Source: Tissierellia bacterium
GTDB lineage: Bacteria; Bacillota; Clostridia; Tissierellales; Peptoniphilaceae
Assembly (NCBI GenBank): GCA_030528125.1
Contig: JAUMZM010000002.1
Location: 5,293 to 69,292 of the forward strand
Reading direction: 5' to 3'
DNA: 64,000 nucleotides
Position numbers and translations under genes: made by a program. Under the pieces are notes generated by a model that worked only from the letters and a program-made list of their open reading frames with translations, did no database searches and was not told the origin of the DNA. Each line of letters begins with the position of its first letter. Position 1 is the first letter of the stretch. Shown piece by piece: positions 41,188 to 51,762 of the stretch.

Positions 41188-42477
41188 ATGGATTATAATG
41201 AGAAAAAGCAAAAAATAATTGATTATATAAAGAAAGGAGAAAAGCCTAAGGAAAGTTTCAAAGTTGGAGTTGAAATGGAACATTTCATAGTTGACTTTGA
41301 CACATTAGAAACAGTTACTTATTTTGGAGAAAAGTCTGTAAAAGAACTTATGGAATATCTAAAAGAAAAGCATAATTATAAAGCACATGAAGAAAACGGC
41401 TATATATTATCTTTAAGTAAAGACGGAATAGATATTGCAACAGAGCCTGCAGCACAATTTGAGATAGCAATAGAAAGGGAAAAAAACATAAATGATCTTT
41501 CGAAAAAATATCTCAAAGTAATAGATGAAGTTCTAGAATTTACAGAAAAAAAGAACGAAAAAATAGTATGCCTTGGCTATCATCCCAAAACAAAGATAGA
41601 TGATATAAAGATTCTTCCAAAAGATAGATATAAGTATATGTATGAGTATTTTAAGACAAATGGAGGAAAGTATGCACATAATATGATGAAAGGGACTGCA
41701 AGCACACAGATTGCAATAGACTTTTGTGATGAGAAAGATTTTTCTAAAAAATACTTTGTTGCAAATGCTATATCTCCTATACTCTATACTATATTTGATA
41801 ATTCATATATTTTTGAAGGCGAAGTTTATGACAAAAGAAATCTAAGACAAGAAATCTGGAATAATTGTGATAGACAAAGAACTGGAGTATATGCTTTTTC
41901 CTTTGATAAAGACTTAAGCTATGAGAAATACGTAGAGAAAATCCTAGATACAGATATAATCTTTATAAATGAAAATGGAGAAGATATTTATAAAGGAAAA
42001 ACTAAGTTTGTAGATATAATGGATGATAATTCAAGTGATGAGATGATATTTCATGCACTTTCGATAGTATTTCCAGATGTAAGATTAAAAAAATACATCG
42101 AAATAAGAATGCCAGATGAAGTATTATATCCATTGAATTTCTCAGCTGCAGCACTTGTAAAGGGATTATTCTATGATGAAGAAAACTTAGATAATTGTTA
42201 TAAAATGTTTAATGATATGACAATTTATAGCTTAGAAAATCTAAAAAGCAGAACAAATAGATATGGACTATTTGCAAAATACAAAGATAAAACAATAAAA
42301 GATATTGCTCTAGAATTAATGCAAATGGCAAAAAAAGGTCTATTAGAAGATGAGATACAATATATCGATAAATTAGAAGAACTTACCAAAAACAACAAGA
42401 CACCAAGAGATGTATTTGAAAGATTATATAAAGTAGATAAAAAAAGAGCAATAGATGAATTTTCACTAAAGAGATAA
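41188..42477 (+). CDS. Glutamate--cysteine ligase family protein
   Basis: GVEMEHF and TEPAAQFE motifs resemble the GCS (EPGGQxE) family. Confidence 0.6.
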   Translation: MDYNEKKQKIIDYIKKGEKPKESFKVGVEMEHFIVDFDTLETVTYFGEKSVKELMEYLKEKHNYKAHEENGYILSLSKDGIDIATEPAAQFEIAIEREKNINDLSKKYLKVIDEVLEFTEKKNEKIVCLGYHPKTKIDDIKILPKDRYKYMYEYFKTNGGKYAHNMMKGTASTQIAIDFCDEKDFSKKYFVANAISPILYTIFDNSYIFEGEVYDKRNLRQEIWNNCDRQRTGVYAFSFDKDLSYEKYVEKILDTDIIFINENGEDIYKGKTKFVDIMDDNSSDEMIFHALSIVFPDVRLKKYIEIRMPDEVLYPLNFSAAALVKGLFYDEENLDNCYKMFNDMTIYSLENLKSRTNRYGLFAKYKDKTIKDIALELMQMAKKGLLEDEIQYIDKLEELTKNNKTPRDVFERLYKVDKKRAIDEFSLKR

Positions 42478-42478
42478 T

Positions 42479-43846
42479 ATGGCGAAATTAAAAAAAATCT
42501 ATGAATGTAAAAAATGTGGCCATACTCAAGCAGTCTGGGCTGGACAATGCCCGGAATGTAAATCTTGGGGAAGCCTTGTTGAAAAACATGTTGAAGAAAA
42601 AAAGAAAAATACCAAAAGAGAGATAATAGATAATAATAAGAAAGCCGAAGCTCTTATTGATATAAAAATAGATGAAAGTCAAAGAATAAAATCAGATTAT
42701 AAGGAATTTGATAGAGCAATTGGAGGAGGCCTTATAAAAGATTCTGTAACAATACTTACAGCAAGGCCAGGTGCAGGAAAATCCACCTTGCTACTTCAAT
42801 TGTCGAAATCCTATGCCGATAGAGATTTTAAAGTCCTTTATATTTCAGGAGAAGAAAGTAGCTCCCAGATAAAAAACAGAGCCAATAGAATAATGGATAA
42901 AATAAGCGAAAATATCTGGATACTTTCTACAAATTCTATGGATAATGCAATATATGAGATAAAAAACATAGATCCTGATATAGTTATTCTTGATTCGATT
43001 CAGACATTTTCTTTAAGAGAATTTGACAATAAGCAAGGAAGTCCAGTTCAAACAGTAGAATGTGCTAATAAATGCGTAGAGCTTGCCAAAGATTACAATA
43101 GAAAAAGAGCATTTATACTAATAGCACATATGACAAAATCAGGAGATCTTGCAGGAATAAGAACTCTAGAACATCTCGTAGATACTGTTTTGTATCTTGA
43201 AGGTAAAGTAGATGAAGATCTAAGATTTCTATCTTCTACCAAAAACAGATTCGGTCAGACAGGAGAAATAGGGCTTTTTTCAATGCAAGAAAAAGGGCTT
43301 ATAGAAATCGAAAATCCAAGCGAATATTTTACAACGAAAAGACAAGATCCTATAGAAGGAAGTGCATTATCTGTAATAAAGGAAGGCAATCGTCTACTTG
43401 AAGCAGAGGTTGAATCGCTTGTATCAAAATCATTTCTTCCATATCCTCAAAGAATTGGGGATAGCTTAAAAAAAGACGAGCTAAACACTCTAATATCAAT
43501 ATTGGAGGAAAGAGCAGGTATAAATCTTTTTGATAAAAACGTAATAATCAAAACAACTGGAGGATTAAAACTTAAAGAGCAAAGTGCAAATCTTTGCGTT
43601 ATGGCATCAATCGCATCGTCCTTTTATAAAAAACCAATAGATAATTCAACTGTATTTATAGCAGAGGTTGGACTTACAGGCGAGCTTAAGAAAGTTCCGC
43701 AGATAGAAAAAAGAATAAGAGAATTAGAAAGACTAGGATACAAAAAAGTCTATATTGCAAAAAATTCAACAAAAGAAAAGTTTAATTCAATAGATGTAAT
43801 TCAACTAAAAAACATAAGAGAAGTTTTTGATAAAGAATTTAATTAA
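42479..43846 (+). CDS. radA: DNA repair protein RadA/Sms
   Basis: N-terminal zinc finger CKKCGH..CPEC, Walker A GAGKST, KNRFG motif and a Lon-like C-terminus. Confidence 0.95.
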   Translation: MAKLKKIYECKKCGHTQAVWAGQCPECKSWGSLVEKHVEEKKKNTKREIIDNNKKAEALIDIKIDESQRIKSDYKEFDRAIGGGLIKDSVTILTARPGAGKSTLLLQLSKSYADRDFKVLYISGEESSSQIKNRANRIMDKISENIWILSTNSMDNAIYEIKNIDPDIVILDSIQTFSLREFDNKQGSPVQTVECANKCVELAKDYNRKRAFILIAHMTKSGDLAGIRTLEHLVDTVLYLEGKVDEDLRFLSSTKNRFGQTGEIGLFSMQEKGLIEIENPSEYFTTKRQDPIEGSALSVIKEGNRLLEAEVESLVSKSFLPYPQRIGDSLKKDELNTLISILEERAGINLFDKNVIIKTTGGLKLKEQSANLCVMASIASSFYKKPIDNSTVFIAEVGLTGELKKVPQIEKRIRELERLGYKKVYIAKNSTKEKFNSIDVIQLKNIREVFDKEFN

Positions 43847-43871
43847 AAAGTGCTTTATGAGCACTTTTTTA
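43845..43871 (+). terminator. Intrinsic terminator after radA
   Basis: aagtgct ttatg agcactt followed by T-run. Confidence 0.75.
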
Positions 43872-44034
43872 TTTTGCAAAATAACTTTAATAATTATTGT
43901 TGTAAATATAATTTGATACCAATCACAAAAATCAGAAAGAGTTTTCCGACTAAAGAATTAACTTTACACATATCTATAAATTGTTAAAAAATAGCGATAA
44001 TTAATTAATTAACAATACAGTTTCGTGCGACAGT

Positions 44035-44063
44035 TTGACTGACTTATAAAAACGTTTTATAAT
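44035..44063 (+). promoter_or_regulatory. Candidate sigma-A promoter of the focA-fdh operon
   Basis: TTGACT, 17 nt, TATAAT. Confidence 0.5.
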
Positions 44064-44142
44064 TAGAATATAAGGATAAAATACATAAATTAATTATAGA
44101 AGAAGAATCCTTAATATATTTTCTATAATGAAAGGAGAAATT

Positions 44143-44985
44143 GTGAGTGAAGTTTTAAGTCCCGATAAGACACTTGATGCTACAAGTACTATCGGCGTAA
44201 ACAAGGCCAGAGGAAGTTTTAAGAAATTATTTATTTTAGCAATGCTTGCAGGAGCATTTATAGCTTTTGCAGCACAAGGTTCTACTCTTGCCGCTGTAAA
44301 TCTTATGGAGGATCCAAATACATTTGGATTAGGAAAGGTTATAACCGGTCTTATTTTTACACCTGGAATCGTATTTGTAATTATTGCAGGTGCAGAACTT
44401 TTCACAGGAAACAGTCTAATGCTAGTTGCATTATTTGACAAAAAAATTACATTTAAAGAGCTAATTAGAGCTTGGATTATAGTATATCTTGGAAATTTAG
44501 TAGGTTCAATATTTGTTGCACTTTTAGTTTTTAAATCAGGACAACTTGCAGGTGATGGAGCACTTATCGCTCAAAGAACAATTCTTACAGCAAATTCAAA
44601 AGTAAATTTATCATTTTCTAAAGCAGTTATTCTAGGAATATTATGTAACTGGCTTGTATGTGTTGGTATATGGATGTCATTCGCATCAACTAGCCATGTT
44701 GGTAAGATATTATCAGTTGCACTACCTATAATGCTTTTTGTAATTTCAGGATTTGAGCATAGTGTTGCAAATATGTATTATATTCCTGCAGGAATCCTTG
44801 CAAAATCTAACCCAGATTTTGTAAATGCTCTTATTGCTGGACATCCACAAATGAATATTGATTTGACAAATTTGACATGGGCAGGATTTTTTGCTAAGAA
44901 TCTACTACCAGTAACAATTGGAAATATTATAGGCGGCGGATTCTGTGTAGCAGGTGCGTATTGGTTATCTTATAGAGGAAAATAA
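44143..44985 (+). CDS. focA: Formate/nitrite transporter family protein
   Basis: FNT signatures (GAELFTGN, GFEHSVANMY). GTG at 44143 follows AAAGGAGA. The ORF-track ATG at 44128 is the alternative start. Confidence 0.85.
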   Translation: MSEVLSPDKTLDATSTIGVNKARGSFKKLFILAMLAGAFIAFAAQGSTLAAVNLMEDPNTFGLGKVITGLIFTPGIVFVIIAGAELFTGNSLMLVALFDKKITFKELIRAWIIVYLGNLVGSIFVALLVFKSGQLAGDGALIAQRTILTANSKVNLSFSKAVILGILCNWLVCVGIWMSFASTSHVGKILSVALPIMLFVISGFEHSVANMYYIPAGILAKSNPDFVNALIAGHPQMNIDLTNLTWAGFFAKNLLPVTIGNIIGGGFCVAGAYWLSYRGK

Positions 44986-44987
44986 TT

Positions 44988-45488
44988 ATGAAGACGATAA
45001 AAGGCGATTTTAAATTTGATAAAGAAGAAAACAAAGAAAAAATACAAGAATTTGATAGATTTATCTATCAAAATAAAGATGTAAAAGGTCCATTGATGCC
45101 AATTTTGCAAAAAGCTCAGAATATTTTTGAATATCTTCCAGAAGAGATAATGGAAATGATTTCTAACAAACTTAATATTCCTCTTGCAGAAATCTATGGA
45201 GTTGCAACCTTTTATTCACAATTCACATTTATTCCTAAAGGGAAATGTGATATTCATGTATGTCTTGGAACAGCTTGCTATGTAAAAGGCTCAAGAGATA
45301 TCATTAATGAACTTGAAGAAAAGCTTGATATAAAACCTGGAGAGACAACTAAAGATGGAAAATTCTCATTATCAGAGACACGTTGTTTAGGAAACTGTGG
45401 AGAGGCTCCAGTAGTTGAGATAAATGCACAACAGCATGTTAGATTTACAAAAAAAGACATACAAAGAATTCTTGAAGAATATAAATAG
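44988..45488 (+). CDS. NuoE/HydC-like [2Fe-2S] subunit
   Basis: CLGTAC...CLGNCGEAP thioredoxin-like 2Fe-2S motif. Confidence 0.85.
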   Translation: MKTIKGDFKFDKEENKEKIQEFDRFIYQNKDVKGPLMPILQKAQNIFEYLPEEIMEMISNKLNIPLAEIYGVATFYSQFTFIPKGKCDIHVCLGTACYVKGSRDIINELEEKLDIKPGETTKDGKFSLSETRCLGNCGEAPVVEINAQQHVRFTKKDIQRILEEYK

Positions 45489-45496
45489 GTGATAAA

Positions 45497-47035
45497 ATGA
45501 TAGATATTAAAATTTTAGAAGATATTAAGGAAAGCACTAAAGTTTCTCATCCAGAAAAACTAGAGCCTACTGATGATATACAGGTAAAGATTGCTCTTAG
45601 AAATTGTGGTGTTATAGATCCTAGAAATATAAAAGAATACATAGCAAGAGATGGATACTTTGCGTTATATAAAGTATTAAATTCTATGACACAACGAGAA
45701 GTAGTAGATGAGATAAAAGAATCTCTTCTTAGAGGAAGAGGAGGTGCTGGATTTCCAACAGGTAGAAAATGGGAAACAGCTTTAAATTATGATGTAGATC
45801 AAAAATACATAATATGTAATGCTGATGAGGGAGATCCAGGAGCTTACATGGATAGATTAGTTCTTGAATATGATCCACATAGTGTAATAGAAGCTATGGC
45901 AATAGGAGCTTATGCTATTGGAAGTGATCAAGGATTTATATATGTAAGAGCAGAATATCCAAAGGCTGTTGAAAGCTTAAGATATGCAATCAAACAAGCT
46001 CAAGATATGGGATTTCTTGGCAACAATATAATGGGAAGTGATTTTAGCTTTAATATTGAGTTAAGACTTGGATCAGGAGCATTTGTATGTGGAGAATCTA
46101 CAGCTCTTATGGAATCAATCGAAGGCAAAAGAGGAATGCCTAGAGTAAAGATATTTAGAACAGCTTATAAGGGATTATGGCAAAAGCCAACCGTAATAAA
46201 TAATGTAGAAACATTTGCAAATGTATGCCCTATAATCCTTAAAGGAGCTAGCTGGTATAGAGGTATTGGAACAGAGAAATCTCCTGGAACAAAGGTATTT
46301 TCACTTGTAGGAGATGTAAAAAAGAGCGGACTTATAGAAGTTCCAATGGGAACAACAATAAGACAAATTGTATATGAACTAGGAGAAGGAATAGAAGGAG
46401 ACAAAGACCTTAAGGCAATCCAGACAGGAGGACCATCAGGAGGATGTATTCCTGCAAAATTCCTTGATTCATCAGTTGACTTTGAGACATTAAAAGAACT
46501 TGATTCAATAATGGGTTCAGGTGGAATGGTTGTAATGGACGAAGACACTTGCATGGTTGATATTGCAAGATTCTTCTTGGAATTTACATGTGATGAGTCC
46601 TGTGGTAAATGTGTTCCATGTAGAGAAGGAACAAAAAGAGTCCTAGAGATATTAGAAAGAATAGTATCAGGAAAAGGCGAAACTGGAGATATAGATAAGT
46701 TACTTGAATTAAGTGAACTTATAACACAAACTTCACTTTGCGGACTTGGACAATCTGCGGCATTTCCTGTAATATCTACAATAAAATATTTTAGAGATGA
46801 ATACGAAGAACATATAGAAAACAAACACTGTCCAGCAGGAACTTGCAAAGACTTAATACAATATAGAATAGCTGATAACTGCATAGGATGCGGAACATGT
46901 AAGAGAAATTGTCCAGTATCTTGTATATCTGGAGAAAAGAAACAACAACATGTAATAGATACTACAAAATGTATAAAATGTGGAACTTGCTATAATGTAT
47001 GTCCTATAAAACCAAAAGCAATAGTAAAGGATTAG
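45497..47035 (+). CDS. NuoF/HydB-like NAD(H)- and FMN-binding subunit with C-terminal 2x[4Fe-4S]
   Basis: RGRGGAGFPTGRKW, ESCGKCVPCREG and two CxxCxxCxxxCP motifs. Confidence 0.9.
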   Translation: MIDIKILEDIKESTKVSHPEKLEPTDDIQVKIALRNCGVIDPRNIKEYIARDGYFALYKVLNSMTQREVVDEIKESLLRGRGGAGFPTGRKWETALNYDVDQKYIICNADEGDPGAYMDRLVLEYDPHSVIEAMAIGAYAIGSDQGFIYVRAEYPKAVESLRYAIKQAQDMGFLGNNIMGSDFSFNIELRLGSGAFVCGESTALMESIEGKRGMPRVKIFRTAYKGLWQKPTVINNVETFANVCPIILKGASWYRGIGTEKSPGTKVFSLVGDVKKSGLIEVPMGTTIRQIVYELGEGIEGDKDLKAIQTGGPSGGCIPAKFLDSSVDFETLKELDSIMGSGGMVVMDEDTCMVDIARFFLEFTCDESCGKCVPCREGTKRVLEILERIVSGKGETGDIDKLLELSELITQTSLCGLGQSAAFPVISTIKYFRDEYEEHIENKHCPAGTCKDLIQYRIADNCIGCGTCKRNCPVSCISGEKKQQHVIDTTKCIKCGTCYNVCPIKPKAIVKD

Positions 47036-47037
47036 TC

Positions 47038-47975
47038 ATGGTTACAATAAAAATTGATGGTAAAACAATAAAATGCGAAAAAGATAGATTCATCTTAGAA
47101 GTTGCAAGAGAAAATGGAATAGAGATTCCTACATTATGCTATGATCCTAATCTTGAGATTTTTGGAGGATGTAGACTTTGCATAGTAGAGGTAATCCAAA
47201 GAGGAAGAAAAAAATCCAAACATCATGTTCTACAAGAACAGCAGATGGAATGGAAATCTATACAAAAACAGATGATATAATCAAAAAGAGAAGACAAATT
47301 CTAAGACTCTTATTAGATAGTCATCCAAATGATTGTCTAACTTGCCAAAAAGCAGGAAAATGCTTATTACAAAAATATGCTTATGAATACGATGTGAAAT
47401 TTAGAGAGCATGATGGAGCAAAAAGAGAAGAAGTATATGATCTTACAAGTCCATATATCTACAAAGACAATGCAAAATGCATACTTTGTGGAAAATGCGT
47501 TAGAAGCTGTGGACAGATAGAAGGAAGAAAGATACTTGGATTTGCAGATAGAGGATATGATGCATATATAACATTAGATCTTGGCAAAGAATTTAAAGAT
47601 TCATATTGCGTTTCATGTAATAGATGTGTATCAGTATGTCCTGTAGGAGCATTAATTGATAAGAGAGAAAAAGGCAAAATAAGAGAATGGGAAGGAGAAA
47701 CAAAGACTGTAACTTGTAAAGTTTGCGAATATGGATGTAGCTTTGATGTTCATTCAAAAAATGGCAAAAATGTAGCAGTTACAGCAAATTCACCACAAAA
47801 TGGTAGACCACTTTGTCTTAAAGGTAGAATGACTACAGAATTAAGCTACCTTGATAATCCAGATAACCCATATTCAAAGGGAATTGGAGAATTCAAAGAA
47901 TCAGATTGGCTTACAGTTCTTGGTCTAAAGCCTATCGTAAATAAGGCAAATAAACTAAAAGAAGAAGGGAAATAA
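47038..47975 (+). CDS. Fe-S subunit paralogous to the FdhA N-terminus (HylA/NuoG-N-like), interrupted by a -1 frame change at an A7 run
   Basis: ORFs 46999..47280 and 47178..47975. Joined at 47208-47214 they give ...CRLCIVEVIQRGRKK|IQTSCSTR..., collinear with FdhA residues 1-310. Confidence 0.6.
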
Positions 47976-50689
47976 TGCAAGTTATTATAAATGATGTAGT
48001 TTATGAAGTAGATAAAGATACAACAATTCTTAATCTATGTAGAGAAAACAACATCGATATTCCAACACTTTGTTATGATGAAAGACTTCTTCCGAATGGA
48101 GCATGTAGGTTATGCATAGTAGAGATAGAAGGTTATAAGAAACCAGTCACAGCTTGTTCAACAAAAGTAAAAGATGGAATGAATATAAAAACTCATAGCG
48201 AAAAAATAATGAAGATGAGAAGAGAAATCTTAGATTTAATATATTCAAACCATCCAAATGATTGCCTAAACTGTGACAAATCAGGAGATTGTGCCCTACA
48301 AAATTATTGCTATGAATACGGAATATTAGAAGGCTCATATAAGGGAGAAAGAGGAAATACATCAGTCGATGACTCAAGTAAATTCTTTACATACGATGCG
48401 TCAAAATGCATAAAGTGCGGAAAATGCGTAAATGTATGCGAGAAACTTCAAGGCTATAGTGCAATAACATTTAAAGACAGAGGATTTGACACATACGTAT
48501 CTGCACCATTTGACAAAGGATTTTTAAATAGTGATTGTGTATCATGTGGCAACTGTGTATCAGTATGTCCAGTAGGTGCACTAACTCCCAAAAAGAAAAG
48601 ACTAGAAGATAAATTTAGATATTGGGAAGTCAAAAAGACAAGAACAACTTGCTCATATTGTGGAGTAGGTTGCCAAATCGAACTTTTAACTAAAGGCGAT
48701 AGAATAGTAGAGGTAAAACCTATAAATGACATTCCAAATGATGGTTTATTATGTGTAAAAGGTAAGTTTGGATTTAGATTTGTAAACCATCCAGACAGAC
48801 TAAAAAAACCACTTGTAAGAAAAAACGGGGTTTTAAAAGAAGCAAGTTGGGATGAAGCTTACAGAGTTATAAAACAAAACTTTGATAAAGTTATGAAAGA
48901 AAAAGGCCCAGATGGATTTGGAGGATTTTCTTCAGCAAGATGTACAAATGAAGAAAATTACTTGTTCCAAAAATTCATAAGAGGTGCATGCAAGACAAAT
49001 AGCGTAGATCACTGCGCTAGGTTGTGACACTCTTCTACAGTTGCAGGTCTTGCTAACACGTTAGGAAGTGGTGCTATGACAAATAGTATCGCTGAGATAA
49101 AAGGAACAGATGCTTTTATCATTATGGGAACAAATACTACAGAAAACCATCCGGTTATTGGAACAAAGATAAAAAGAAGATTAAAAGAAGGCGCAAAATT
49201 AATAGTAATAGATCCAAGACAGATCGAACTTTGTAAATATGCAGATGTATACTTACAAATAAAGCCTGGTACAAATATAGCCATATTAAATGGCATAATG
49301 AATGTAATAATAAATGAACATCTAGAAGATAGCGAATATATCAAAAACAGAACTGAAGGATATGAAGAACTAAAGAAAGTTGTAGAAAAATATACTCCAG
49401 ATGTAGTAGCTAAAATTTGTGAAGTCAAAGAAGAAGATATAATAAAAGCTGCAAGAATCTATGGAAAAGCCAAAAGAGGAGCTTTCTATTATGCAATGGG
49501 ACTTACACAACATACATCAGGAACACATTCAGTAATGTCAGCATCAAATGTTCAACTTCTTACAGGAAATATTGGATTTGAGTCAACAGGAATAAATCCT
49601 CTTAGAGGACAAAACAACGTACAGGGTGCTTGCGATATGGGAGCACTTCCAACAGATTATACAGGTTATCAAAAAGTATTTATGGATCCTGTTAGAGAGG
49701 CTATGGAGGGCTTCTGGCATACAGATTTGCCAAGCAAAAAAGGCCTAACATTAACAGAGATGATGAATGCAGCAGGTAGTGGAGATTTGGGATTCTTATA
49801 TATAATGGGTGAAAATCCAATGATATCAGATCCTGACTTAAATCATGTTAAGAAATCTTTGAAAAATCTAGATTTCCTATTAGTTCAAGATATATTCTTA
49901 ACAGAAACAGCACAAGTTGCAGATGTTGTACTTCCAGCAGCTACTTTTGCAGAAAAAGATGGAACATTTACAAATACAGAAAGAAGAATTCTAAGAGTAA
50001 GAAAGGCAATAGATCCTGTTGGAGATAGTAAGCCAGATTGGCAAATTCTTATGGAATTATCCAATATGTTAGGACTTAAAGAATTCTACAAGAATCCTTC
50101 AGATATAATGGATGAAATAGCTAGAATTACTCCTTCTTATAGAGGAATAAGCTATGAGAGATTGGAAAAAGGATCTCTACAATGGCCATGTACTAATGAA
50201 AACCATCCTGGAACAATGTATCTACACAAAGATACAATGGCAAGAGGAAGAGGATTATTCATGGCATTAGAGCATGAAGAAAGTAAAGACCAAAAAGATG
50301 AACAATATCCATTAATCCTTACAACAGGAAGAATGCTATATCATTATCACACAAGAACAATGACAGGCAAGGTTGAAGGATTAAATGCAATGGCAAGTCA
50401 TTCATATATTGAGATAAATCCAAATACTGCTCAAAAATACAATATCAAAAATGGCGATTTGGTAAGAGTAAGTTCCAAGAGAGGACATATAGAAACTTAT
50501 GCCAAAATCTCTGATATAGTAAATGAAAGCACTGTATTTATGCCATTCCATTTTTCAGATGGACTTGTAAATACACTTACAAATGCAGCAATCGATCCAA
50601 TAGCAAAGATTCCAGAGCTAAAGGTTGCTACAGTAAATATTGAAAAAGTAGAAAGGAAAGTTTATGGATACTCCTCAACGAATAATTAG
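47975..50689 (+). CDS. fdhA: Formate dehydrogenase catalytic subunit, selenocysteine-containing (TGA at 49025-49027)
   Basis: ORFs 47975..49027 and 49076..50689 share one frame. The junction reads HCARL-U-HSSTVAGL. Has an N-terminal 2Fe-2S/4Fe-4S module and a molybdopterin oxidoreductase body. Confidence 0.9.
49032..49068 (+). promoter_or_regulatory. Bacterial SECIS-like hairpin
   Basis: GUUGCA-GGUCU-UGC(U)AAC. The apical GGUC starts 18 nt after the UGA, as I recall for E. coli fdhF. A lower stem cuucu/aggaag is also present. Confidence 0.7.
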
Positions 50690-51158
50690 ATACGCAATGG
50701 AGATGGAGCTTTATGGTCATAATTTCTACAAGGAAAATGCCGAAAAGAATTTGAATTTACAGACAAAGAACATATTCGAGAGACTTTCTGGTGTAGAATA
50801 CGAACATTACAAATATCTAAAAAAGCTTTTAGATAAATACACCGAAGATAAAGTAATAGATGATACAATAAAGCTTCCAAAAGAAGAAAATATATTTGAT
50901 AATGTAAAAAAAGAAGAGAATCTTGATAAAAACTTAGAAGAATCAATGATTCCAGATATGAATGTTCTAAGAATGGCATATCTTATCGAAGAAGACTTTA
51001 GAGATTTCTATTCAAATATGTCCAAAAAAGTTGAAGATGAAAAACTAAAAAAAATATTAGAAGATTTCGCAACTTGGGAAGATGGACATTATAAGTTGTT
51101 TAAAGGAAAATACAACGAATTGATGGATAAATACATGTCCATAAGTTGGGGAGGTTGA
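50664..51158 (+). CDS. Ferritin/rubrerythrin-like diiron four-helix-bundle protein
   Basis: Two ExxH motifs (EYEH, EDGH) paired with upstream Glu-containing helices. Confidence 0.5.
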   Translation: MDTPQRIIRYAMEMELYGHNFYKENAEKNLNLQTKNIFERLSGVEYEHYKYLKKLLDKYTEDKVIDDTIKLPKEENIFDNVKKEENLDKNLEESMIPDMNVLRMAYLIEEDFRDFYSNMSKKVEDEKLKKILEDFATWEDGHYKLFKGKYNELMDKYMSISWGG

Positions 51159-51159
51159 T

Positions 51160-51762
51160 ATCAAAAGTACAGCTATAATCCTATCCGGTGGTAAAGGAAA
51201 AAGGATGGGAAAACCAAAAGAAGAATTAAAATATAAAGGCGTTTACTTAATAGATACTATAATTGTAAGGCTTAAAAATCATTTTGACGAGATAATAATC
51301 GTAACAAATAATCCCAAACTATATCAAAACAAGGATAGGATTGTACTTAAAGATGTCAAAATCACAACTGATATTCTAAAAAACAAAGGCCCCTGTGTAG
51401 GTTTATACAGTGGCCTTAAAATTTCTAAAAACAACGATAACTTTCTTATAGCTTGTGATATGCCTTATATAAGTGATAGTTACTTAGAATATCTTAACAA
51501 TACATCTTACAAAAATGCCCTTGTAGCAAGAAGAGGAGAATATTTTGAACCTTTCCAAGCAATGTATAAGAAAGATCTATTAGAAGATCTAGAAGATTTC
51601 ATAAAAGGAGAAAGACTAAGCCTAAATTCTTTTATAAAATCAATAGATCATGATATCATAGATGATGAAATTATTAAAAAATTTGATAAAAATAATAAGC
51701 TGTTTTCAAATCTTAATGATAAATCACAATGGGATTCTTATATAGGAGATATTTATGGATAA
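51160..51762 (+). CDS. mobA: Molybdenum cofactor guanylyltransferase MobA (probable non-canonical ATC start)
   Basis: The frame is open from 51145. The essential AIILSGGKGKRMG motif lies upstream of the first ATG (51205). GGAGG lies 5 nt before the ATC at 51160. Confidence 0.65.
   Translation: MKSTAIILSGGKGKRMGKPKEELKYKGVYLIDTIIVRLKNHFDEIIIVTNNPKLYQNKDRIVLKDVKITTDILKNKGPCVGLYSGLKISKNNDNFLIACDMPYISDSYLEYLNNTSYKNALVARRGEYFEPFQAMYKKDLLEDLEDFIKGERLSLNSFIKSIDHDIIDDEIIKKFDKNNKLFSNLNDKSQWDSYIGDIYG

Noticed and set aside
43980-44016. Inverted repeat ATTGTTAA-N21-TTAACAAT upstream of the focA-fdh promoter, considered as a regulator operator.
   Set aside because: 8-bp AT-rich arms with a 21-nt spacer are easily produced by chance in DNA of this composition. 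There is no second copy in the window to support a motif.
46165-46884. 239-aa ORF antisense to the NuoF-like gene. Similar antisense ORFs include 49009..49428, 23419..23784, 44094..44441, 52866..53234, 40572..40898, 29095..29400 and 691..1008.
   Set aside because: These are shadow ORFs lying wholly inside strongly supported genes on the other strand. Their composition is low-complexity Ser/Ile/Phe-rich, and they have no RBS or independent signals.
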